Below are positions 1-12,137 of a stretch of 64,000 nucleotides of DNA, one piece after another. The stretch comes from Eledone cirrhosa. Lineage: Eukaryota. How positions within the stretch are numbered: the stretch's first letter is position 1; every line of letters starts with the position of its first letter. Below the pieces are notes generated by a model that did no database searches, was not told where the DNA came from, and saw only the letters and a list, made by a program, of their open reading frames with translations. The stretch spans positions 251,596,001 through 251,660,000 of the forward strand of contig OZ024743.1 of assembly GCA_964016885.1 (NCBI GenBank). The letters are read 5' to 3'. A program made the translations under genes and the position numbers.

Positions 1-159
1 ATTGGAATAAATGCTCTGAAATAGCGATATATATATGAATATAGACCTAGAATATTCGAAAATATTCTGTATGTTTATAATAAACATTTTGAAGACCTAA
101 TCGCTATAGAATAGAATACGTCACGTATTACAATTAGATTCTCGATAAAAGCAAGGGAA

Positions 160-202
160 GTAATCTACGCGTTTCATTCTTGTTAGAATTCATCAGGACT
201 AC
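160..202 (-). ncRNA. Type I hammerhead ribozyme (further copies at 470-512 and 780-822)
   Basis: Reverse complement reads gtagtc-CTGATGA-attct aaca agaat-GAAA-cgcg-TA-gattac: intact core, 5-bp stem II, minimal palindromic stem III, stem I with one G-U. Confidence 0.9.
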
Positions 203-1124
203 ATATCCAGTGCTTTTATCGAGAATGACACAGCTAGAGACTTATAGAATACTTAGCTGTGTACAGGAACTGGTTTGAAAGAGCGGTTGCCGGTCCGGCA
301 GAAATTAGAAATTGGAATAAATGCTCTGAAATAGCGATATATATATGAATATAGACCTAGAATATTCGAAAATATTCTGTATGTTTATAATAAACATTTT
401 GAAGACCTAATCGCTATAGAATAGAATACGTCACGTATTACAATTAGATTCTCGATAAAAGCAAGGGAAGTAATCTACGCGTTTCATTCTTGTTAGAATT
501 CATCAGGACTACATATCCAGTGCTTTTATCGAGAATGACACAGCTAGAGACTTATAGAATACTTAGCTGTGTACAGGAACTGGTTTGAAAGAGCGGTTGC
601 CGGTCCGGCAGAAATTAGAAATTGGAATAAATGCTCTGAAATAGCGATATATATATGAATATAGACCTAGAATATTCGAAAATATTCTGTATGTTTATAA
701 TAAACATTTTGAAGACCTAATCGCTATAGAATAGAATACGTCACGTATTACAATTAGATTCTCGATAAAAGCAAGGGAAGTAATCTACGCGTTTCATTCT
801 TGTTAGAATTCATCAGGACTACATATCCAGTGCTTTTATCGAGAATGACACAGCTAGAGACTTATAGAATACTTAGCTGTGTACAGGAACTGGTTTGAAA
901 GAGCGGTTGCCGGTCCGGCAGAAATTAGAAATTGGAATAAATGCTCTGAAATAGCGATATATATATGAATATAGACCTAGAATATTCGAAAATATTCTGT
1001 ATGTTTATAATAAACATTTTGAAGACCTAATCGCTATAGAATAGAATACGTCACGTATTCCTGTACACAGCTAAGTATTCTATAAGTCTCTAGCTGTGTC
1101 ATTCTCGATAAAAGCACTGGATAT

Positions 1125-1167
1125 GTAGTCCTGATGAATTCTAACAAGAATGAAACGCGTAGATTAC
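1125..1167 (+). ncRNA. Type I hammerhead ribozyme (further copies at 1435-1477 and 1745-1787)
   Basis: gtagtc CTGATGA attct aaca agaat GAAA cgcg TA gattac; stem I is extended by the 16-bp helix attctcgataaaagca / tgcttttatcgagaat. Confidence 0.92.
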
Positions 1168-1907
1168 TTCCCTTGCTTTTATCGAGAATCTAATTGTAAT
1201 ACGTGACGTATTCTATTCTATAGCGATTAGGTCTTCAAAATGTTTATTATAAACATACAGAATATTTTCGAATATTCTAGGTCTATATTCATATATATAT
1301 CGCTATTTCAGAGCATTTATTCCAATTTCTAATTTCTGCCGGACCGGCAACCGCTCTTTCAAACCAGTTCCTGTACACAGCTAAGTATTCTATAAGTCTC
1401 TAGCTGTGTCATTCTCGATAAAAGCACTGGATATGTAGTCCTGATGAATTCTAACAAGAATGAAACGCGTAGATTACTTCCCTTGCTTTTATCGAGAATC
1501 TAATTGTAATACGTGACGTATTCTATTCTATAGCGATTAGGTCTTCAAAATGTTTATTATAAACATACAGAATATTTTCGAATATTCTAGGTCTATATTC
1601 ATATATATATCGCTATTTCAGAGCATTTATTCCAATTTCTAATTTCTGCCGGACCGGCAACCGCTCTTTCAAACCAGTTCCTGTACACAGCTAAGTATTC
1701 TATAAGTCTCTAGCTGTGTCATTCTCGATAAAAGCACTGGATATGTAGTCCTGATGAATTCTAACAAGAATGAAACGCGTAGATTACTTCCCTTGCTTTT
1801 ATCGAGAATCTAATTGTAATACGTGACGTATTCTATTCTATAGCGATTAGGTCTTCAAAATGTTTATTATAAACATACAGAATATTTTCGAATATTCTAG
1901 GTCTATA

Positions 1908-1956
<49 letters not shown>

Positions 1957-1957
1957 G

Positions 1958-2190
1958 GGAAAATGTACAGTTAGGTATATTTGAAAAAAGGTAAAGAATG
2001 ACTTCACTTGTAGTTCTAAACAATTTAATTTTATAATATTGCAATATTACAATTTTGCTATGTAGATCTACTAAGTTCTTTGTTAACTTCGGTGGCAAGT
2101 ATTTTTGTTTTTTTTTAGATTCCTGGTTAACTTCTCCAGAACTTTCTCGCATTCGCATTCGTTGGTGGCAATTGTCAAACTGATCTTTAT
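1958..2190. repeat. Dispersed repeat fragment, homologous to 30305-30570
   Basis: Shares aagaatgacttcacttgtagtt with 30318 onward and, inverted, tttgctatgtagatcta...tttgttaacttc with 30430-30470. Confidence 0.6.
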
Positions 2191-2639
2191 GATGTGTGAC
2201 TCTATATATAAGAGATTTGAGTGTGTCTGGAGGGTGTTAATGAGGATAGAAGTGAAGGAGTGTTATGAAGATTTAAAGGAATTAAAGAATAAATATACAA
2301 AAAGATGAAAGAAAATAGTAAAAGCAGGATGATTGATTGAGAATGGAGTTGGAAGGTGTTGGGGGTGATGGAGCCAGATGTGATGGTATGATTTATTCCC
2401 TAGAGGTAAAGTTAATGGGTGTTTAATGAATGTTTTAGAAAGGGATTGTAAAAGTACCCACCTGCTGGTTCCATTTCAATAGATGACCTTTGGTGAATTA
2501 AATATTAATGAAATATAATGGCCAAATACCTCTCAAATTCTTTTCATATAACTGAATAAAATATCTTAAATTCATAAAGAAGAACTTTAACAATTCAATT
2601 GTCTATATTAAGTATGTAAGTATAAGATGAATTTGGGTG

Positions 2640-3980
2640 TGTGTCTATTTCATTTACTAGCCGCAGTGGGGGTCCGTTTATTCATTGGGCGTGGCGGGTC
2701 ATACGGGGTTGTTTTTTTTGTATTGGTTAAGGGAGGGGGGTCCGTTTTATTTATTGGAGGTGCCGGGTTTTCTACATTTTTATCCGTTTTTTTATTGAGT
2801 ACGTCGTTGGGGTGGGGGCTTATTGGGCATGGTGAGGGGTACATTTTTTTTTATTAAGCGCGTCGTGGGTTATGTTATTTTATTGGGTGTGGTAGGGGTG
2901 TTCTTTTTTATTGGTGCAGTGGGTGGTCTGATTTTTTTATTGGGCGTGGCGGGGTCCACATTTTTATTGGGCGCTACGGAGGGGGCGGGGGCCGTTTTTT
3001 TATCGAGCCCGCCGGGGAGTCCATTTTTATTATTGAGTGCGGCATGGGGTACGTTTTTTTATTGGCTGTGGTGGAGGATCAGTTTTTTTTTATTGGGTGC
3101 GACAGGGTGACCTTTTTTTATTTGACGTGATGTGAGGTCCGTTTTTTTTATCAGCTCTAAGGATTCCCTATTGTCCAGTGTTAATTATTCTCTTAAATAT
3201 ATCACTTGGTACGATACGTGTTTGTTCTATTTGTTGTAGTTTTCCTTCTTCACTAGTATATGGTACATTGTGTTGCTGATCGTTGTTGACTTGTTTTACA
3301 GTAACAGTTTGGTTTTGTAACATAGCGTTTGTGTCAACATATGTCATCATCCAGGTATTAGATGTTGTATTCGTTCTTTTAGTGTTTTCATCAGTGCTTT
3401 TTATTGGGTGTGACGGAGGGGGTCGGTTTTTTTAGTGGGCATGGTGGGGTGGACGTTTTTTATTTGGGGCCTTGCGGGAGAGGGGTCCGTTTTTTATTGA
3501 GCACGGTGGAGGGTCCATTTTTTATGGGACGTGTCGGGGTGTCCTTTTTTATTGGGTGCAGCAGGGTCCGTTGTTTTTCATTAAGGGCTGCAGGGGGTCC
3601 GTTTTTTTATTGGGTGCATAGGGATATACGTTTTTTCATTAGGCACGGTGGGGGGGGGGGGGTCCATTTAATTTCATTGTGTGCAGCGGGGACCGTTTTT
3701 TATAATGCGTGGCAGGGTTCTGTTTTTTATTATGTGCAGTGGGTTGTTGCGTTTTTTGTTTATTGGGCGCAGCAGGGGAGTCCATTTTATTTAATAGGCG
3801 TGGCGGAGGATCAGTTTTTCATCTATTGGCCGCGGTGCGGGTTTGTTTCTTAATTGATTGCATTTTTGTGTCGTTTTTTTTATTGGGCATGGTGGGGGAC
3901 CATTTTTGTTATTGGGTGTGGTTTGAGGGTCCATTTTTTTTATTTGGTGTGTTTTTTTTATTGGTCATGGGGGGGGGGGG
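2640..3980. repeat. Degenerate ~22-bp G/T-rich minisatellite, interrupted at ~3160-3400
   Basis: Recurring ttttttattgggYRYggYgggggtccg-like unit at 2640-3150 and 3400-3980. Confidence 0.75.
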
Positions 3981-4737
3981 GCGTCTGTCATGTATCATCA
4001 CAGCAGAATTGGAGGGATACACATGATGTTGAGAGCTTAAACCATATTACATGATTATTTACTGATAATTAAACAAAAATGATGTATTTATATAAATATA
4101 TACATCTTTCCTTTTCTCCTTATTTTGTTTTCCTTTGTTTCAATTCTGAGTCTTTCGTGCTATAAAAAGCACCACCCTTTTTCCTTGATGTCTCATAAAA
4201 TTCGATGTGTACTTGTTATAGCGTAATTGGTATATTTATGCTTTGTCTTGTCTCTTACTCCACTGGACAACACTTTGACTTGTGTCAGATGCTGTGACCC
4301 CATGTGAACCAGCAGTCCTTTTGATAGTATGCTCCAACCCACCCTCCCATACACCCCATGAGGACAGGCTCAAATAAATGCATCCAGTGAAGCCCACAGC
4401 CCAAACTGTAAAGTGTTCATGATGGTGACGCAGCAAAACGTGACCAGTCCACACTGTAAAGTGGTCTAGTAGGTGTCATGACAAAAAGCACCCAGACCAC
4501 ACTGTAGACAGCTATTTCGAGGGCTATTTCTGGACTCCACCTTCAACAGTTTTATCAGTTTCATCAACACAACTACTATTTCATGATATTTATTTTATTT
4601 GTTCTCTGTTTGTCAAACCACTAGGTCATGTGACATAAAATACATGACTCTAGTTTTATACAAGTGTACACTTGAACAGATGTAAATATATATATATAGA
4701 GAGAGAGAAAGAGAGATAGAGAGAAATATATATACAT

Positions 4738-4785
<48 letters not shown>

Positions 4786-4791
<6 letters not shown>

Positions 4792-4870
4792 ATACCTGGG
4801 GAGGGTCATATTTGTGTAATAATATTGCCAGAATTAATATCAGAACACACTCACTAATTCATCGCCGTTA
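4786..4870 (-). mobile_element. Solo 3' terminus of the PLE family at 16103-18426
   Basis: Reverse complement of 18360-18426 (gtgagtgtgttctg...ttaattctggcaatatt...aaatatgaccctcccca..tataacaa), flanked by (TA)n. Confidence 0.8.
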
Positions 4871-4881
4871 TATATATATAT

Positions 4882-5068
4882 GGTCGGTGGATTGGCAGTA
4901 TCGGTAGAGGGTCGGACGCCATTCTTTCCAGCATAGTTACGTCCCTTTACGATCTGAGTTCAAATCCCGCCGAGGTTGACTTTGCCTTTCATCCTTACGG
5001 GGTCGATAAAATAAAGTACCAGTAATGCACTGGGTAATTGCTGGCCTTGTGCCTAAAGTAGAAACAGT
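4882..5068 (+). mobile_element. tRNA-derived SINE family A (octopus-type)
   Basis: A-box-like tggcagtatcgg, B-box gagttcaaatccc, body cgccgaggttgactttgcctttcatccttacggggtcgataaaataaagtaccag; at least 6 copies in the window. Confidence 0.85.
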
Positions 5069-5126
5069 TATATATATATATGTGTGTGTGTGTGTATATA
5101 TATATATGTATAAATATGACACACAT

Positions 5127-5499
5127 GGCATAGTGGTTAGAGCATTGGCCTTGCAATCGAAAGGTTGTGAGTTCAATTCTCAGACCGGGTGATGTGTTGT
5201 TTCCTTGAGCAAGGCACTTTATTTCACATTGCTCCAGTTTACTCAGCTGTAGAAATGAGATGATAGGACTGGGGTCCCTATCATTCCACTGCAAAGTGGT
5301 CGTGGAGGTGCCACGGAAAAAAAGCACCCCGCACTCACTGTAAAGTGAACATGTAGACGCCACGGAAAAAAATACACAGCACTCACTGTAAATGAGGTTG
5401 GTGTTAGGAAGGGCATCCAGCTGTAGAAATCAAGCCAAAATCGGTTCCCATCCCACCCGTGCAAGTAGGGAAAAGCGGACATAAAATGATGATGATGAT
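5127..5499 (+). mobile_element. tRNA-derived CORE-type SINE family B with RTE-derived tail
   Basis: Head ggcatagtggttagagc...gagttcaattc; CORE-like ccttgagcaaggcacttt...cagtttactcagctgtagaaatg; tail matches the RTE 3'UTR at 56961-57237; (GAT)n end. Confidence 0.85.
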
Positions 5500-5522
5500 A
5501 ATATATATTCATATATATATAT

Positions 5523-5872
5523 TTTCATTTCATTTCATTTCATTTTATGTCCGCTTTTTCCCTGCTTGCAAGGTTGGGACGGGAACTGATTCTGGTTTGA
5601 TTTCTACAGCTGGATGCCCTTCCTAACACCAACCTCATTTACAGTGAGTGCTGGGTGCTTTTTTCCGTGGCGTCTACACGTCCACTTTACAGTAAGTGCC
5701 GGGTGCTTTTTTGCTGTGGCACCTCCATGGCCACTTTGCAGTGGAATGATATGGACCCCAGTCCTATCATCTCATTTCTACAGCTGAGTAAACTGGAGCA
5801 ATGTGAAATAAAGTGTCTTGCTCAAGGAAACAACACATCACCCAATCTGAGAATTGAACTCACAACATTTCG
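5523..5872 (-). mobile_element. SINE family B, 5'-truncated, inverted relative to 5127-5499
   Basis: Reverse complement of the adjacent copy. Confidence 0.85.
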
Positions 5873-5955
5873 ATTCATATATATATATATATATGAATAT
5901 ATATATATATTCATCTATATAATTATATATATATATATTCATATATATATATATA

Positions 5956-5990
<35 letters not shown>

Positions 5991-5995
<5 letters not shown>

Positions 5996-6367
5996 ATTAA
6001 ATAAATGGAAACTATATTTATAAAACCATATTTATTTCATTATATATATTTCAGGGATATATTAACAATATGCTATGCCTTTCTCAGATAAAATACAATA
6101 TAAACAGTTCTATAGATAAATAGATTCGACATACCGTAACAACATCGACTTGCATTTGAAGAGGTTGATTTGGCAGATCTGCCAAATCAACCTCTTCAAA
6201 TGCAAGTCGATGTTGTTACGGTATGTCGAATCTATTTATCTATAGAACTGTTTATATTGTATTTTATCTGAGGAAGGCATAGCATATTGTTAATATGATA
6301 TCCCTGAAATATATATAATGAAATAAATATGGTTTTATAAATATAGTTTCCATTTATTTAATATTGT
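5991..6367. repeat. Near-perfect ~375-bp palindrome of a PLE 3'-end (pLTR) segment carrying an HHR
   Basis: Centre at ggcagatctgcc (~6177/6178). The right arm is homologous to 10960-11078, the PLE 3' end. Confidence 0.9.
6260..6325 (+). ncRNA. Type I hammerhead ribozyme (mirror copy in the left arm has core CTGAGAA)
   Basis: tattttat CTGAGGA agg...cct GAAA tatata TA atgaaata. Confidence 0.75.
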
Positions 6368-6453
6368 AAATATACTCCAAATATTTGTCGAGTGCTTTTA
6401 TATCAGTTATAAATATTTACTAGTTGTAACCCAACAATTTTAAATATAACTTT

Positions 6454-6521
<68 letters not shown>

Positions 6522-6531
6522 ATATATGCAT

Positions 6532-6936
6532 GGCATAGTCGTTAGAGCATTGGGCTTGCAATCAAAAGGTTGTGTGTCCAGTTCTCGAACCGGGTGATGT
6601 GTTATTTCCTTGAGCAAGTCACTTTATTTCACATTGCTCCAGTTTACTCAGCTGTAGAAATGAGATGATAGGACGGGGTCCTTATTATTCCACTGCAAAG
6701 TGGTCGTGAAGGGGACACGGAAAAAAAGCACCCAGCCCACACTGTAAAGTAGTTGTGTAGGTGCCACTGTAAATGAGGTTGGTGTTAGGAAGGGCATCCA
6801 GCTGTAGAAATCAAGCCAGAATCAGTTCCCATATGAGCAAGACAAGGTCAGCCGACTGGACACTGCCCACAACATGACAACCCATCTAACCCATGCTAGC
6901 GTGGAAGAACGGACGTAAAACGGTGATGATGATGAT
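6532..6936 (+). mobile_element. SINE family B, full length
   Basis: Same tRNA head and CORE as 5127; long tail ending cggtgatgatgatgat. Confidence 0.85.
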
Positions 6937-7135
6937 AAATGAATATATATATATATATATATTCATTCATATATACATATATATATATTCATTCATATAT
7001 ATACATATATATATTCATATACATATATATATATTCATATACATATATATATTCATATATATATATATTCATATATATTCATATATATATTCATATATAT
7101 ATACATATATATACATTCATATACATATATATATT

Positions 7136-7185
<50 letters not shown>

Positions 7186-7189
<4 letters not shown>

Positions 7190-7326
7190 ATTCAGTCCAT
7201 AAATAGCCGTCGAAACGGCTTGAGCTCTGCCGTCGGGGTCATATTTTTTCCTATTTCCCACTCTACTACCCTAAGTACTGTGGTGCGTTATGGTCCATCT
7301 TGTTCCTTACCACATTTCCTTTGTTA
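7186..7326 (+). mobile_element. Solo 3' terminus of the PLE family at 62933-64000
   Basis: cctatttcccactctactaccctaagta...ggtgcgttatggtccatct...ccttaccaca.ttcctttgtta is the reverse complement of 62933-63016; flanked by (TA)n. Confidence 0.8.
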
Positions 7327-8772
7327 TATATTTATATATATATATATATATATATTCATATATATATAAAATATTAGTGAAATCAGACAAAACCAACAAC
7401 CTATATGGGATAGAAAAAATATATATAATGACTTAATTTTAAAAGAATCGGGAGTGAGGATTTATTGGATATCAATAATGATGCTTTTGAAATTGTCACC
7501 AATCTCGGAATAGAATGGAAGACCGAACCTTTCATACCAAGGCAACTGCGGATAAATTTTAAAGACCATAAAAGAAATTTCGAAGATGATTTACCTGTTA
7601 GACTTATTGCACCTTCAAAATCTGACCTTGGAATAATAGTAAAAACATAATAGATAGGATGTTGCCAACGTTAAATTTGAGGTCAAGGCTTAACTTATGG
7701 AAGGGCACTAGTGAAGTCATAGATTTGTTCAATAATATCGAAAATAAGAAAAAATCATAAATTCATTCAAATGGACATAGCGTATTATTACTCCTCAATA
7801 ACTCCTAACCTATTAAATAAGTCGCTATCATATGCATATAAACACACGGATCTATCTAGTGACGAGATTAATATTATTTTAACGGCAAGGTGAATCTTGA
7901 TTGACTTTAATAATGATCTTTGGACTCGATCTGATAGGCAGAAACATTTCGACATTACTACAGGCTCGTCCGATTCGGCGCAAGTTACAGATCTTGTGGG
8001 AATTTTCATCCTTAATATGATAAATAGAAAACTGCCGGAGATTAGCGGTGGTTTATATAGAGACGACATATTATTTACTGACATAATAATAGCGAATTAA
8101 ATAGAGTAAAGAAAGTAATTATAGAATTCTTTAAAAAATTATGACTTGAAATTAGAAGTAGAAAATAACAATAAAATAGTTTATTTTTTAGATGTAACCC
8201 TTACTTTAAACTCAGGTCTATATTACACCTTCCACAAACTCAATGAAAACCTAAATTATGTTAGCTTTTACTCTAGTCATCCTAAAAGTGTTAAAAATGC
8301 AATAGTCAATAGTGTCCAACAACGAATATCCAGACTATCTGCTCACAGATCCATTTTTAATAGTAAAGCTGGATATTATAATGAAGCATTACATACAGCA
8401 GGATATGAAAATAATATTGAATATGTAGAAAAAAATAATATTAATTATAAACACAATATTCATAATAATAATAATAAAAATAAAACTGACTGTAAAAATA
8501 ACAACTTGAGGAATAAATCGGGGAAAAGAATTATGATTAGATCTATAATTTGGTATGCTCCACCAGCATCTTTAGCTATTAAAACACCTTTAGCACATTT
8601 ATTTTTCAAAGCCTTTCATAAATGTTTCCCTAGATCACATAAGTATTACTCTATCTTCAATAGACACACAGTTAAACTCTCTTATTCAACAACTATGAAT
8701 ATTGCTCAAAATATTGCAAAAATTAATAGCAAAACTCTTAATTTGAACCAGCATATAATTAGCGATAATAAC

Positions 8773-8804
<32 letters not shown>

Positions 8805-9425
8805 ATTAGTTAATGTGAATAACAATAATAATAGTTTAAATACGAATAATAGTAGAACACCTAGAAATAATAATGATAATACGAATAGTTTAGGTTATAG
8901 AAATAACATGGAATTGAACTGTAACTGTAGAAGGAAATCTGAATGCCCTTTACAAAATAATTGTCTTGATAAGAATTTAGTATATAAATGTACCATTAAG
9001 ACAAATAATAATACTTATAACTTACATAGGTGCCACTTCATCTAACTTTAAGTTTCGCTTTTCCAATCACAAACATTCTTTCTCTAATCCAGATAAAACA
9101 TTTTCTACTTCATTATCACAATTAATATGGTCTTTAAAAGAGAAAAAATATTTAATACTCAATTTTTGGGGTAAACTAAAAAATTCTGATTCCTATCGAA
9201 ACGCTTCCATTTCACCAAATTGCAATCTTTGCAATTGGGAAACCCTATTAATAATTACCAATTATGGTAATTTAATTAATAAGAAGAAAGAATTATTTGG
9301 AAGTTGTCTACATAAGTCTGGAAGAATCTTTCTAGCATTATACAAATTTAGAAAAAATACTGACTATGATGAAAAAAATATTGACTATTATTAATAATTC
9401 TTGAAATAATTTTATTATATATATA

Positions 9426-9609
9426 ATTGTTTCTACTTTTGGCACAAGGCCAGCAATTACCCAGTGTATTACTGGTTCTTTATTTTATCGACCCCGTAAG
9501 GATGAAAGGCAAAGTTAACCTCGGCGGGATTTGAACTCAGAATGGCAAGGGCAGTAACTCTATGCGTCAAAGCATGGCGTCCGACCCTCTACCGATACTG
9601 CCAATCCAC
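9426..9609 (-). mobile_element. SINE family A inserted in the PLE 3' region
   Basis: Reverse complement of 4882-5068. Confidence 0.85.
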
Positions 9610-10096
9610 ATATATAATGTTTTGTCTTACCTTAAAAATTGTATATCGTTTTTTTTTATATAGTAAATTAATCTCATGATGAGACTCAGTATCATAAGTT
9701 CGGATTTAGAATGGTCATTGTATAACTAGAAATTTCTGAATTTGCGGTTTGAAATATCTTTTGCCTTTCAAAGCACCTAGATAACATAAGTGATCAGTTA
9801 AGTTGAGCGAGTTATCTTCCTTTGTTTACATTCTTCGTAAATAATTTTTTCTATCCAAATGGATTGATAATGTATATTTAACATGATTTATACTATTTAA
9901 TAATATACGAAAAATCCTTAAAGGGAAACTATATATAATAAGATGTAATTACAGAAGTAAAATCGAAATAATAATACTTTTAAGAGTAAATATAACTACT
10001 CATTAATCCTGTAATGAAATAACAACCAATGAATTGAAATGTTTTTATAATGAAAATAGAATAATTCAGATAATAATTCTTAACATTATATAAAAT

Positions 10097-10245
10097 GGAT
10101 TGGCAGTACCGGTAGAGAGTCGGACGCCATGCTTTCCAGCATAGTTACGTCCCTTTACGGTCTGAGTTCAAATCCCGCCGAGGTTTACTTTGACTTTCAT
10201 CCTTACGGGGTCGATACAATAAAGTACCAGTAATGTACTGGTTAA
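10097..10245 (+). mobile_element. SINE family A, partial
   Basis: Matches 4888-5040. Confidence 0.85.
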
Positions 10246-10692
10246 TTATATAAAATACATATACTGATGGTGATATATGCATAGGTTGTAGTAAATATCC
10301 TTATACATATTTAATATGTATTTAAACTTGCATTATAGATAAAATGCTTTTGAATTTTGGAACAAAATATTTAGTAAATATATTAATTAAACTATGCTTC
10401 TGATTATTATAGAAAATATTTTTATATTTTTAATTTTGATATAATATATTAGTATAATTAGCTTAAACATAACCAAATACAAAAGATATTAAAAAGAAAT
10501 GTCATGGTATTTAATTGGTCGCTTCTATTTGACTTGTCATATTTAAACAATGGTTAAATTTATCATATTATATATGTATATTCCATTCATGATTATTAAC
10601 ATTTCTAATTTTATTTATTCATTTCATCTCAATTGTTAAATTAACTCAACAAGATATGACTAAGAGTTTTTCGTTCTCTCTTCTTTTTTCCG

Positions 10693-10768
<76 letters not shown>

Positions 10769-10972
10769 CTATCTTTCTCTCTCTGTTATTCTGCTCTCTC
10801 TCTCTCTCTTTCCTTCTCTATCTTTCTCTTTCTCCGTAACCCAACGGCTTATTTTAAAAATATACAATACTAATAATTAAAGCTACAACTCCACTATCCG
10901 GGAGCTTCCAACAGTAATAGTTGCATTCTTTAAGGGTATGTCAATATTTATTTATAAAACTGATGTATATTA

Positions 10973-11037
10973 TATTTTATCTGATGAAAGCACACCATAA
11001 TTTAACTTGGTGTCCTTGAAATATGTATAATGAAATA
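10973..11037 (+). ncRNA. Type I hammerhead ribozyme at the PLE 3' end
   Basis: tattttat CTGATGA aag cacacca taatttaact tggtgt c ctt GAAA tatgta TA atgaaata; distal stem tataaaac / gttttata. Confidence 0.82.
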
Positions 11038-11081
11038 AATATGGTTTTATAAATATAGTTTCCATTTGTTAATATCGTATA

Positions 11082-11153
<72 letters not shown>

Positions 11154-12012
11154 AAGTAGTTCACCCCCACCGGTCTGCGTAGGCGCATGTCCGAAGGAAG
11201 TTGACCATTAGCTACCGCATATTTCAACGAAATTCGCTTAGTCAGTTCACCCTCTCAGCCAAACAATGGCCCACCTAGGCCTGTACCATAGTTTACTGCT
11301 ACCCATCCCGACTGTGGCAGTCAGCCGAAAGCCAGAGGGGATGGGAGAGTGTTAGTTTTTACAGGTCATAATACTACCTCTCACCAAGCATGGACAGTAC
11401 GACTGACCATCAACTCATAAGAGAAAATAAACTTAATTCTAGGTATCATGGTTTTACATTGGAAGTTAAGAGTGAGAGTTGGAAATTAAAATTAAAATCC
11501 TAAATCAAATATCAGAAATTATAAATTAAACAATTAAACAATTAAAAAATTAACAAATAGAAATTAAAAAATTAAACAAATTTTCAAGTGGGAATCCGGA
11601 TTGAGGTGAGTAAAAAAAATATAGATTGAAGTGAGCAAATAATATGGAGAGAGATGTTTAAGTAAGAAGTTCTGAGAGGGGTTCTAATGTCACAGTTACT
11701 CTATCCACATTAGAACGGAGGGTAAATTACAGTATTCAAGGCAGTAGTCAATCTGGTACACAGTCATAATTTCCGTCACATGGAATAAAACCAAAGAGAA
11801 ACAGACATAAAGTACACAAAAGAAAAGAACCAATAATGAATAAATGCAAAACCACAGAGTACATATATGCAAAATGATCCATATGATTGTCAATCTGTCA
11901 ATGAATAGATTGAATTGAGGGGGCTTCTGTTCAAATGCGATTTGGTGCAGGAAAATAGGGGTTTATCTTAGTTTTTTGTTTCCGCGTATTTATCCTGCCG
12001 AAAGTTACTATT

Positions 12013-12082
12013 ATGTACGTCCAGTGTCTTCCTTTCTCTGCCCCAGCAGTCCAATCATCACCACTGCCAACATCTGCTCTGC

Positions 12083-12137
<55 letters not shown>

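Larger units (their letters stand above)
1..1920. mobile_element. 310-bp tandem array with one internal inversion, one type I HHR per unit (retrozyme-like or non-autonomous PLE pLTR array); runs off the left edge
   Basis: Unit ATTGGAATAAATGCTC starts at 1, 311, 621 and 931. Orientation flips at ~1058-1059, then reverse-complement units run to ~1920 and merge into (TA)n. Units look identical by eye. No ORF. Confidence 0.9.
7370..11078 (+). mobile_element. Penelope-like element, 5'-truncated and degenerate (RT, GIY-YIG, long 3' region ending in an HHR)
   Basis: ILVKSDKT (7371), [54 protein letters not shown]...YIG (frameshift ~9020). Several stops. Coding remnant ends ~9393. Similar to the ORF at 24493-26190. 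Confidence 0.88.

Noticed and set aside
5127-5190. tRNA gene (also 4882, 6532, 55708)
   Set aside because: tRNA-like A/B boxes run into SINE bodies; no complete cloverleaf or acceptor stem.
7700-8150. In-frame TGA codons as selenocysteine (Naiad-like)
   Set aside because: TAA stops and frameshifts co-occur and the endonuclease is C-terminal, so ordinary decay is the simpler explanation.
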